A stretch of DNA of 64,000 bases from IMG/VR virus record IMGVR_UViG_3300017697_000016, positions 2,903-66,902 of that record; one strand, written 5' to 3'. Positions 56,601 through 64,000 of this stretch are shown here, piece by piece. The translations under genes and the position numbers were made by a program. The notes under the pieces were generated by a model that ran no database searches, was not told the DNA's origin, and saw only the letters and a program-made list of their open reading frames with translations. How positions within the stretch are numbered: the first letter of the stretch is position 1; the number at the start of each line of letters is the position of its first letter. This DNA comes from a virus.

Positions 56601-58413
56601 CGCGTAAGTCAAAATTTGTAATACTTGTAGCTGTTGCACTACCGTCTGTAATACTCTGTGGTGTTAAATCAAATCCGTTTAGGTCTAAGTACCCGTCTAT
56701 ATAAACATTAGTTCCGTCTACACTACTAATGGTGCCTGTAAGCACTGTAGAGCCGTCTGTACTAGTCAATGTAAGTGTGTTGCCTTGTGTAAAGGTTCCT
56801 GTAACACCGCCTAATGCGAGCTTTGTTTTGCCTGTATATCTACGGCCTGCCTTACTATCATATGCGTACAATGAACGATTAGCAAAGTATGTAAAGCTGT
56901 TAAGCCATTCAACTCTAGCGCCGTTCGTCATTGTAATTGCATCAACACCGGGTGTAATAAATGTTGCTGAGTGAAATAGCAACGCTGTGTTTACTGTACT
57001 TGCTGTACCATATGCACCATCAATGTAAGCGCCTTTACCAGCGTCCCCTGCATCGTATCCTCTTGGATCGCTTACACTAGTTACACTACCTTTTGTAATT
57101 ACTGTAATGTTTCTAATATATGGACTACGACTCAATGCTTCGTAGTCTGTTGCATAACGAAAAGCATAACCGTTGTCTGGAAAAATTCTAGTATCGTTAT
57201 TGCAACTAAATGTAATATCTTTTAGAAATACTTCTGTCAAAAATCCTGCGTCAGGCCCTACATGAGTAATAGTTACTAATCCAGTTACATTATTATATAC
57301 TGCATTAGTAATGTTATATTCATTGCCAGCAAATGTAATTGTGCCGCCACTTACATATGTGTGCGCAACGTCTGTTGGTCCAACATTAACTGTTACTGTA
57401 CCCGGGGCGTGGGGTGCAATTGATGTGTAAAAATTACCACCACTATAAAAATCTTTAATAGTAAGTTCTTCAACAGTTGTTTCGCCGTTAAGCAAAACTG
57501 CATCGTTGTAACGTGTTTCAGTAGTAGGCTGAATAGTTACTGCACGGATGCCTTCACCTCTTAATGTAACGCCAGTTGGAATAGTAAGTGGAAATACTTC
57601 TGTGTACACGCCAGGAGAAACATAAACTGTATCTCCGGAAACTGCTTGACTTAGTGCATATTTAATAGTAGCGTAAGGATCTAGATAATGCTCTCCAACG
57701 TTGTCATCATTACCGTTTTCAGCAACATGAATAATATTACCATGTACTAATGTTAGACTAATTCCGTCAACTGTACCTGCATCACCATTAACACTAGATG
57801 CTACTAAATTTTTGGTCCATACATTATTCCAGCTTTTTCCGCCTGCATCTGGATCGCTACCAAGTGAATATGTATCATCTTGATCTGGAATAATACTGGA
57901 TGCAACTTCTGCATTAAATGTAACATTATCAGTGTTTGCATCGCCAATGTTAATATTGCCGTCTGCACTAATATTTCCAGTTGCATGAATATTTCCATCT
58001 ACATTTAGGTCACTGTGTACATTTACTGCACCAACGCCGTTAGGACGAAATTCTAGGTTTGCGTTTGAATTATTTGTTGTAATAGCATTGCCTTCGATGT
58101 CAATACTATCTATTCTAATTTTGTTAAGTGCTACAATATTATCAAGTGTGCCTAAATTTAAGTAAGGCGCAGTTGTACTAATAGTACTGCCACTAATGTT
58201 AATGTCAGCAATATCTGCATTGCTAGTAACAATTAAATCTGTAGTTTTTGTAGTTCCGTTAACATCTACCTCGTATTCAGGAGTGGAATTCTTGACGCCG
58301 ATACGCTGATTATTTACATCTAGATATAGTAGGTCCGTCTCAAAAGCTAAATCGATTCCATTACGAATCAAATTCGACTTTAAGAGCGGTCCGGATATAC
58401 GACCAACAGCCAT
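53665..58413 (-). CDS. Large virion structural protein (1582 aa) with beta-helix and SNSDLELRANGTG repeats
   Basis: MAVGRISGPLL start, HVAENGND..PYATIKYAL beta-helix entry, periodic repeats, G.LRFN..FEGY modules. Confidence 0.85.
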   Translation of the reverse strand: MAVGRISGPLLKSNLIRNGIDLAFETDLLYLDVNNQRIGVKNSTPEYEVDVNGTTKTTDLIVTSNADIADINISGSTISTTAPYLNLGTLDNIVALNKIRIDSIDIEGNAITTNNSNANLEFRPNGVGAVNVHSDLNVDGNIHATGNISADGNINIGDANTDNVTFNAEVASSIIPDQDDTYSLGSDPDAGGKSWNNVWTKNLVASSVNGDAGTVDGISLTLVHGNIIHVAENGNDDNVGEHYLDPYATIKYALSQAVSGDTVYVSPGVYTEVFPLTIPTGVTLRGEGIRAVTIQPTTETRYNDAVLLNGETTVEELTIKDFYSGGNFYTSIAPHAPGTVTVNVGPTDVAHTYVSGGTITFAGNEYNITNAVYNNVTGLVTITHVGPDAGFLTEVFLKDITFSCNNDTRIFPDNGYAFRYATDYEALSRSPYIRNITVITKGSVTSVSDPRGYDAGDAGKGAYIDGAYGTASTVNTALLFHSATFITPGVDAITMTNGARVEWLNSFTYFANRSLYAYDSKAGRRYTGKTKLALGGVTGTFTQGNTLTLTSTDGSTVLTGTISSVDGTNVYIDGYLDLNGFDLTPQSITDGSATATSITNFDLREFGAEVRLIASASVYGNQGLVGQGPGVIMYAIGHNLAYIGNGKAVDNNPATVIQANEVVESEGAKIRYNSVDHKGDFRVGDLFYVNQETGNVTFAVSDFTIDTENGVTFNTNGSSTLVDGTKIETGDWRISGNTIETLTQNANFTAATGEVNINSNVNITGSLDVTGNVTIGGNITIGDEETDTIQIIAGIDSDITPKFTSTHSLGQVSKTWKNLYVNEIILDNISIRDNFIETTESNSDLELRANGTGEIYMPTNDVVIEQDLTVNGVTTLQNTNINGDFTLTGDFVQQGNTVITGTLFVQQDLIVTGAAQLEEILIDDNIITTTTSSTDLDLRASGTGEIYVPYNDVLINENLTVVKNITANNLTTIGSITANKFTTENIVIDDNYITTTDSNSDLELRANGTGSVRVPNNDVLFENNFTVQGTSTLSDTVIQGELTQVGNTTQTGNINITGAINVIGNVTVSDGAQFENINIDDNIITTTVSNSDLEIRATEYGNIIIPTNNVEIANDLTVTGTINVTDIVSSGAITANRFTTGDIVIDDNFVTTTLSNSDLELRANGTGNIRIPSNNTILDQNLTVNGSTNLKNTTIVGDITHTGNVTQVGDINLTGNLDVTGEVIITATVISFEQIALEGNSITTTDSNANLELRANGTGRIFMPSNDVEIQQNLDIRGTITVGNVTSTDTVAANRFTTGNILIDDNFITTTVSNSDLELRAAGTGSIIIDTFDINGTTITTSGDMVLQPGSQVLNINAVGAMTIPVGDTSQRPTATQGQLRFNSELARFEGYNGTNWVNIKGVQDLDGDTRVTAELTEGLNDNIIRFDIAGSTVVTINNTRLAAPKINVDDIEINGNLITTTTANTDLLMTANGTGSVKFDNFAFKDNTITNYFTDSITLFENSGDGYVKFDGSYGIVIPSGGAGARPPIEYTELGQVRYNTDDNRVEVYDGVNWVSVAGSASGITRNDAEEIALATVLVLG
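54440..55920 (-). repeat. About 471-bp periodic super-repeat (157 aa) within the 1582-aa gene
   Basis: TAATTCTAAATCTGAATT anchors at 54457, 54931, 55402, 55873 (spacings 474, 471, 471). Confidence 0.85.
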
Positions 58414-58529
58414 CTCTTCTCCTTAATACGGGGATCCTGTCCCTCTAGCCAAATTTTCAACCTTTCGGTTCTTTGCCGGTTAACCACAGTTTGTCCTTGC
58501 AGCACAATGGTCGTATGCTGCATTAATAG
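58414..58529 (-). promoter_or_regulatory. Candidate structured 5' leader RNA
   Basis: 116-nt GC-enriched leader between TAAATA and ATG with a 9-bp hairpin, an AACC-GAAA-GGUU GNRA hairpin and GGGA..UCCC next to the SD. Confidence 0.5.
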
Positions 58530-58535
58530 TATTTA
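58530..58535 (-). promoter_or_regulatory. Late promoter TAAATA
   Basis: Immediately 5' of the structured leader. Confidence 0.6.
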
Positions 58536-58559
58536 TCGTTTATTGAAAAAAGGAGTTAC

Positions 58560-61500
58560 TTACCCAAAGATTAGAGTATATTCTAAGATAAGATCTTGCA
58601 TCTCATCTTCGCTGATTGTTGCTGCACTACCTGCGGCTGTAACAAAGGTATTACCGTCCCATGTTTCAAGAACTACTTCTTCTGTATTCCAACGCATCAT
58701 ACCTATTTCAGGTGTGAAACTAGGACGCTCTGCACTAGTTCCTGCTGGCAGAACAAATGCTCCAGACGAATTAAATTTAGCTTTGCCGTATCCTCTATTT
58801 GCAAATATCAGAGCAGCATTTGTATCGTTTATAAATTTATTTTGGCTTATCTTAATTTGATCTAATACTAGCTTCCCAGTGCCATTTGCAACTAAGTCTA
58901 GATCGCTATTAGAGTTAGTTGTTCTAACCGTTGACCCTTGCATACTTATGTCGTCAACAGATAGACCGTGTATTGTTAGTCCTGCAGAATCAACGTATCC
59001 AACTTGATTACTTAATACATTTAGATCAATAGTATCATTTGTAGGATGTGCTAGTACACTTGTTTGTCTATTACTCGAGTAAACTCCGCCAAAAGAAACA
59101 ACTTTATTTAAATCATTATAACCTTCAAACACACTATCGTCAGTATTGAATCTCAATGATGTTGATTCAACAAACCGCTGGGCCGACGTACCTGTAGGTA
59201 ATTTTAATGCGCCAGTAGCACTTATTAGTAATTCATTAGTTGCTGTTAAATTAATAGGCCCAACCGCAGATTTAATTGTATTATTATTGACTTGGAGGTC
59301 TTCTAGTTTTACATCTTTAGTTAATGATCTAAGTTCTAGATTTGAATTAGATTCTGTAGTAGTAATAACATTATCAAACAAGGTTGTATTATTACTGCTA
59401 ACAAAGTTCTCTGCTGCTATGTCATTAGTAACATTTGTAACGCCTAGTGTTAATGTCCCAATTGATGCATTGTTTAATATTAGCAAATCATTTGAAGTAA
59501 AGTCAATTACTCCAGATCCATTGGCTCTAAGTTCTAAATTTTCGTTTGAGTCGACAGTTTCAATAACGTTATCATTAAACAGCACATCGTCAAACTGTAC
59601 TTGGCTTTCAATGTTTGAAGTACTAACTGTAACATTACCTGTTATTGTTAAGTCGCCTAATTGATTTCGTGTTCCTGTTTGTACTATATTTCCGTTAATA
59701 GATAATTCGTCAATATCTGTAGTGCCGTTAACTGTTAAATTTTGATCTAATGTAACATTATTATTTTTAACAGTAACAATTCTTCCAGTGGTTGCACGTA
59801 ACTCTAAATTTTCATTTGAAGTTGTTGTTGAGATGAAATTATCGTCGATCTCAATAATACTGTCTGTAATAATTATTTCGTTTAATGCTAAGTCTTGATC
59901 AATAATAATATTATTAGCATATATGTCTCTTGCTGTAAGATTATTGGTAATGTTAACATTGCCTTTAGAAAAACTAACATTGCCAGTTCCTGCTGCTTTT
60001 AATATAAAATCTGCTCTAAAATAATCTCCGCTAAAAATATTACTATTATATTTTCCAGGGTTAGCAAATTCATCTTCTAATAGAACTTCAACGGCTGTAT
60101 ATAAAAATTCATCGTAATCAACATTATTTGTTGTGCCATTTGCAATGTATTGTAACCAAGCTAATCTATCAGCTGATGTAAGTGTACCGCTTTGATTAAC
60201 ATCAACATAGTTATTGTTAATAAGATAATTAATTAAATTTTGCTCTGTCAGTGCATAAGTTTCGACTGGTAATAAAGTACCATTAACTATTAGGTTTATA
60301 ATAGCTGGAATAGATTCATCGTCATTAATAAAACTTGGGTTTAGTCTTAGATCTTCTCTAAAGTTTTTTATTACGTTATCGTTGAAATTAAAATTTGCTA
60401 ACGTAGCTTCGTTACTAATAGTTAGTGCGCCTGTTTGATCAATATCACCTGTTTGATCAATATCACCCGTTTGTGTCTTACTTCCAGTTTGCGTCACTGT
60501 GCCTGTTAAGTTTACATCTAAAGGAATAATAGTTTCAACTAATCCAATATCTTCGATAATAGAAACATTGTCCCATCTCACTTGTGCATTTTCTGAACGA
60601 AAAATAACGTTAACTATATTACTTGTAGGAACAAATGATGTAGTATATTGTACGTTAGTTTGTCCTTCTAAATCTGCATAAAACTTTCCAAATAGGTCAC
60701 CTACTCCTGATTCAACTAATCGTATATAATACTCAGCATCGCCTACACCGTCAATTGCATTAATAAAATCTGCTGTTAAAATATAAGTTTTTCCTGGAAC
60801 AACTGTTACTTCTTGAGATACGTTTCTAGCAGACCCGATTGAACTAATATACAAGTTGCCTAGGAAGGCCCCCGCTGTGCCGCCGCCTGCTTGACTCCAT
60901 CCAGTTAAGTTAGACGTAAATGTTCCGTTATTAATAAGTTCAGGACCATATTGGTAAGAAATAAAACTATTTTTAAAATTAGTAAGTTTATTAACATTAA
61001 AGTCTTGATCAAATGCTACACTACTAGTTGCTAAAATTTTACCAGTGCCACTTGCACGTAATTCAACATCATTATTAGTTACTGTCGTAGTAATATAATT
61101 TTGTTCTATAGTAATGTCATTAATTACAGCATTATTAAATTTTACTTTATCCGCAATAGTAATGTTGTCTTGGGATATAATATCTTTAAGAACTTCAATA
61201 TTATTATCAACTACTGTGTTTTCGTTAAAAATAATATTCGCTGTTAAATCTGCTGCTCGCAATTCTAGATCAGAATTACTTTCTGAAGTTGTAATAACAT
61301 TATCATTAATAACAATATTTTCAAATTCTGCTTGTCCAGTAAGAGTTAAGTTACCAAACTCGTCTAGATTGTTTGAAACAAAATCTCCCTCAAATGTTGT
61401 TGTAGAAATAATATTAAAATCTTCATTTACTTCTATACTCTGATTAAATGTTGTCAATCCGTTAACTGCTAAATTTTCTTGCATTGTTACCGAGTTAGAC

Positions 61501-63572
61501 GGAATATAAATTAAACCAGTGCCGCTTGCACGTATATCTAAATTTGCATTAGACGTGTTAGATGTAATGTAATTTTCATCTATTGTAATACTATTAACTT
61601 CTGCACGATCTAAGTATACATTTTTCCACATTTGATTAGCATTACCTAAATCATGTGTTAAATTTAAATGTGGTTTAAAATCTTGTTCAAATGTTACGTT
61701 AAAGTCGAGTCTGTCAACAGCAGGTTCATCACCTGCTAATGTAATTTGCCCGCCGAAACTAAAGTTATCTCTGATCCAAACATTTCCGTCAGTATTAACA
61801 TTGCTCGAAATATTAACAACATTAGTAGAACCTTGTAAATTTATGTCGCCAACTGTAGATACAATACTATTGTTATCTATTCTAATATTTCCAGTTCTAA
61901 CATAGTCTCCAGAAAGATTAGTGGTGCCGCCTTCGCTGTTAATAACCAATCCAGTTAATGATTCAATGTCACCTGTATCAATTACAATACTTGTATTTCC
62001 AGTTTCTAAATCTACAAAAAAGTTATCGCCTACTCTAAAGTTACCTTGTTGGTCAGTACTAACAAAATGTATTTGTCCTGAGTTTAGTTCTACAACTTCG
62101 TTTGCTTGTATAACATCGTCTTGACTATTTGTTGTTGCAGAGCCTGCACCAATATAAGCAAAGTTATGTTGAATTAGATACATTAATGTATTAGCGCCGT
62201 CTGCCACTGCACCGTAATTACCGTACACGTTTGCAGATCCAATTGAACGCAGTTCTGCGCCGCCATTAGTTCCGTTAAATGCATACAATCCTCTATTAGC
62301 AAAATATGTAAAACTATTCAACCATTCAACTCTTACATCGTTGGTCATATTAATGACATCGGCATTTGGAGATAAGAATGTGCAACTATGGAATAACATT
62401 GTCTTGTTTATAGTTGCCGCATTTAATTCGTCACCGTCAATCCAAGCGCCGCGTCCTGCATCATTTGCTCCAGGAGTTGTTTCGTTTGTACGAACAGTAA
62501 TGTTTTGAATGTAGGGAGAACGTTCTGTTAATGTTGCGTCTGGCGCAAATCTAAATGCATATCCTTTATTATTTCCGCTATCATAATAAAAATCTTTAAT
62601 TGTAAGATTTGAAACAACTGATTCGTCGTTTAAGTGAAATACGTCTTCGCTTTGACTACTAGTATCAGGCATGACAACTGTATTACGAATATCTGTGCCT
62701 ATAACAGAAACATTAGTAGGAACAACTAATGGAAGTTGTTCTTGGTATTCACCTGGAGATACCTTAATTATAAATGGCTGACTACTACTAGATTCAGCTG
62801 CTTGTAACGCTCTTCTAATCGTAGCAAATGGCGACAATGGATGATCACCGTGATTTGCATCATTACCTTCTTGTGCAACATACAATATTCCGCCATTACG
62901 GAAATTAAAATCAATTCGTCCAATAACTAATGTATCAGCTGTAACAACATTTCCGTTTACAAGATTAGTATATAAATCTTCCCATCGATTTGTTGAGCTA
63001 CCTAAATTATAAGCATCACTTGTATCTGGAATAATATGTGAATCAATGTCAGCGCTAAACGTTACAGTATCTTGATTTATATTATCGCCTAATGTAATTG
63101 ATCCTTCGAAAGTAAGATTGCCAGGCGTATGTATATTACCATATACATTTAAGTTTTTTAATATTTCAGTAGTGCCAGTACCGTTTGGAGTTAGGTCGAT
63201 ATCTGCATTTGACTCAATAGTACTAATGGTATTATCGCTGATGCGAATAGTGCCATTTTCCATATTGGCCATAACAATAGCTTCACTTGCATTTAAAAAT
63301 ATATCTCCAAGTAGTACTCTAAATGTACTATTGGTAATTTCAAATCCTGGAGTATTTAAAGATGTAGTGGATACTAATCTAGTAGTGTCAGTAGTGCCTA
63401 ATACTTCAAAGGCATGAACTGGGGTGTTATGATTAACACTAATTTTACCATTATTAACATCTAAAAAAAGTAATTCTGTCGTAGATAGTGTATCTCTAAA
63501 TGCAAGATCAACTCCGTTACGTTCGAGATTTGCTGTTAATAGTGGTCCGGATATTCTTCCTACTTGACTCAT
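58560..63572 (-). CDS. Large virion structural protein (1670 aa), paralogue of the 1582-aa protein
   Basis: MSQVGRISGPLL start, YVAQEGND..PFATIRRAL beta-helix, SN.DLELRA repeats, CBM-like and dockerin-like inserts. Confidence 0.85.
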   Translation of the reverse strand: MSQVGRISGPLLTANLERNGVDLAFRDTLSTTELLFLDVNNGKISVNHNTPVHAFEVLGTTDTTRLVSTTSLNTPGFEITNSTFRVLLGDIFLNASEAIVMANMENGTIRISDNTISTIESNADIDLTPNGTGTTEILKNLNVYGNIHTPGNLTFEGSITLGDNINQDTVTFSADIDSHIIPDTSDAYNLGSSTNRWEDLYTNLVNGNVVTADTLVIGRIDFNFRNGGILYVAQEGNDANHGDHPLSPFATIRRALQAAESSSSQPFIIKVSPGEYQEQLPLVVPTNVSVIGTDIRNTVVMPDTSSQSEDVFHLNDESVVSNLTIKDFYYDSGNNKGYAFRFAPDATLTERSPYIQNITVRTNETTPGANDAGRGAWIDGDELNAATINKTMLFHSCTFLSPNADVINMTNDVRVEWLNSFTYFANRGLYAFNGTNGGAELRSIGSANVYGNYGAVADGANTLMYLIQHNFAYIGAGSATTNSQDDVIQANEVVELNSGQIHFVSTDQQGNFRVGDNFFVDLETGNTSIVIDTGDIESLTGLVINSEGGTTNLSGDYVRTGNIRIDNNSIVSTVGDINLQGSTNVVNISSNVNTDGNVWIRDNFSFGGQITLAGDEPAVDRLDFNVTFEQDFKPHLNLTHDLGNANQMWKNVYLDRAEVNSITIDENYITSNTSNANLDIRASGTGLIYIPSNSVTMQENLAVNGLTTFNQSIEVNEDFNIISTTTFEGDFVSNNLDEFGNLTLTGQAEFENIVINDNVITTSESNSDLELRAADLTANIIFNENTVVDNNIEVLKDIISQDNITIADKVKFNNAVINDITIEQNYITTTVTNNDVELRASGTGKILATSSVAFDQDFNVNKLTNFKNSFISYQYGPELINNGTFTSNLTGWSQAGGGTAGAFLGNLYISSIGSARNVSQEVTVVPGKTYILTADFINAIDGVGDAEYYIRLVESGVGDLFGKFYADLEGQTNVQYTTSFVPTSNIVNVIFRSENAQVRWDNVSIIEDIGLVETIIPLDVNLTGTVTQTGSKTQTGDIDQTGDIDQTGALTISNEATLANFNFNDNVIKNFREDLRLNPSFINDDESIPAIINLIVNGTLLPVETYALTEQNLINYLINNNYVDVNQSGTLTSADRLAWLQYIANGTTNNVDYDEFLYTAVEVLLEDEFANPGKYNSNIFSGDYFRADFILKAAGTGNVSFSKGNVNITNNLTARDIYANNIIIDQDLALNEIIITDSIIEIDDNFISTTTSNENLELRATTGRIVTVKNNNVTLDQNLTVNGTTDIDELSINGNIVQTGTRNQLGDLTITGNVTVSTSNIESQVQFDDVLFNDNVIETVDSNENLELRANGSGVIDFTSNDLLILNNASIGTLTLGVTNVTNDIAAENFVSSNNTTLFDNVITTTESNSNLELRSLTKDVKLEDLQVNNNTIKSAVGPINLTATNELLISATGALKLPTGTSAQRFVESTSLRFNTDDSVFEGYNDLNKVVSFGGVYSSNRQTSVLAHPTNDTIDLNVLSNQVGYVDSAGLTIHGLSVDDISMQGSTVRTTNSNSDLDLVANGTGKLVLDQIKISQNKFINDTNAALIFANRGYGKAKFNSSGAFVLPAGTSAERPSFTPEIGMMRWNTEEVVLETWDGNTFVTAAGSAATISEDEMQDLILEYTLIFG

Positions 63573-63590
63573 ACTGTATTCCTCATACAG

Positions 63591-63596
63591 TATTTA
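63591..63596 (-). promoter_or_regulatory. Late promoter TATAAATA
   Basis: Full TATAAATA (tatttata 63591-63598) upstream of the GAGG SD of the 1670-aa gene. Confidence 0.65.
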
Positions 63597-63602
63597 TAGG
63601 AT

Positions 63603-64000
63603 TTACTTATCGAAGTTATGTAGGACTGTTATAGGTTTAGCAAGATCCGGTGCAGAGGTAAACTTAATATACCATCCGTCAGCATATGGAGCATTAGGTC
63701 CTGCTAAGTTACCACTTGAACTTTGTTCTAGTGTATAGTTTGTTGTTGCAAGTTGAAAAACGTTTTCAACAAGAACTAAAATATTTTGTGCGCTTGCTGG
63801 TACTGGGTAATCTACATCGCCACTGTTTAACGGCCCAAATACAGTTTCGTCTGCATCTCCGTTACCTAAATTTTGTTGTACAATACCTGGATTTTGGTTA
63901 GGCTCTTTGTATTTTACTTTTCTCCAAGCACTGTTTTGGTATGCTTCTAATTCATTAGATGTTGTGTTATAACGCATATGCCCATTATCAGGTGTACTAG
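63603..64000 (-). CDS. 3' part of a virion structural protein (starts beyond the right edge)
   Basis: Frame open to the window edge; GHMRYNTTSNELEAY module shared with neighbours; LGNGD..ETVFGPL, NILVLVENVFQ. Confidence 0.75.
   Translation of the reverse strand, partial: STPDNGHMRYNTTSNELEAYQNSAWRKVKYKEPNQNPGIVQQNLGNGDADETVFGPLNSGDVDYPVPASAQNILVLVENVFQLATTNYTLEQSSSGNLAGPNAPYADGWYIKFTSAPDLAKPITVLHNFDK

Noticed and set aside
58455-58480. Resemblance to a c-di-GMP-I (GEMM) riboswitch (GGCAAA..GAAA hairpin)
   Set aside because: The downstream GACGCAAA and second stem with tetraloop receptor are not evident; kept only as an unnamed structured leader
195-63901. Many short ORFs antisense to or nested in the long structural genes (e.g. 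32835-33539, 54890-55441, 59146-59664)
   Set aside because: Shadow frames produced by codon bias of Thr/Gly/Val/Asn-rich genes; no SD, promoter or motifs

Overview
A 64-kb AT-rich segment of a large T4-like (myovirus-type, probably jumbo and aquatic) bacteriophage genome, read with the standard genetic code. Left part: tail-tube-like baseplate protein, tail tube (gp19-like), an enlarged tail sheath (gp18-like), an HNH-like protein, a dNMP-kinase-like protein, neck proteins (gp13/gp14-like), tail terminator (gp15-like), Nudix and a cupin. Middle (about 11.2-26.0 kb): a dense tailoring-enzyme island with 4 flavin-dependent PrnA-family halogenases and 12 Fe(II)/2-oxoglutarate-type oxygenases (including one JmjC), driven by the same TAAATA late-promoter motif as the structural genes. 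It also holds an apparent relic of a fifth halogenase overlapping a long hairpin. Right part: three near-identical Gly/His-rich fibre-tip paralogues, a fibre protein, and four giant paralogous virion proteins (4018, 3033, 1582, 1670 aa) built on a shared beta-helix scaffold with many inserted domains. Most notable: (i) the halogenase/oxygenase island as a candidate virion-protein modification system; (ii) 12 helical repeats in the 4018-aa protein whose K-C-x-R-D-V-G-Y motif resembles the bilin-attachment helix of phycobiliproteins; (iii) a structured RNA leader upstream of the 1582-aa gene. No tRNA, rRNA, CRISPR array, integrase, transposase or reverse transcriptase was recognised. All family calls rest on motifs read by eye; no database search was run.
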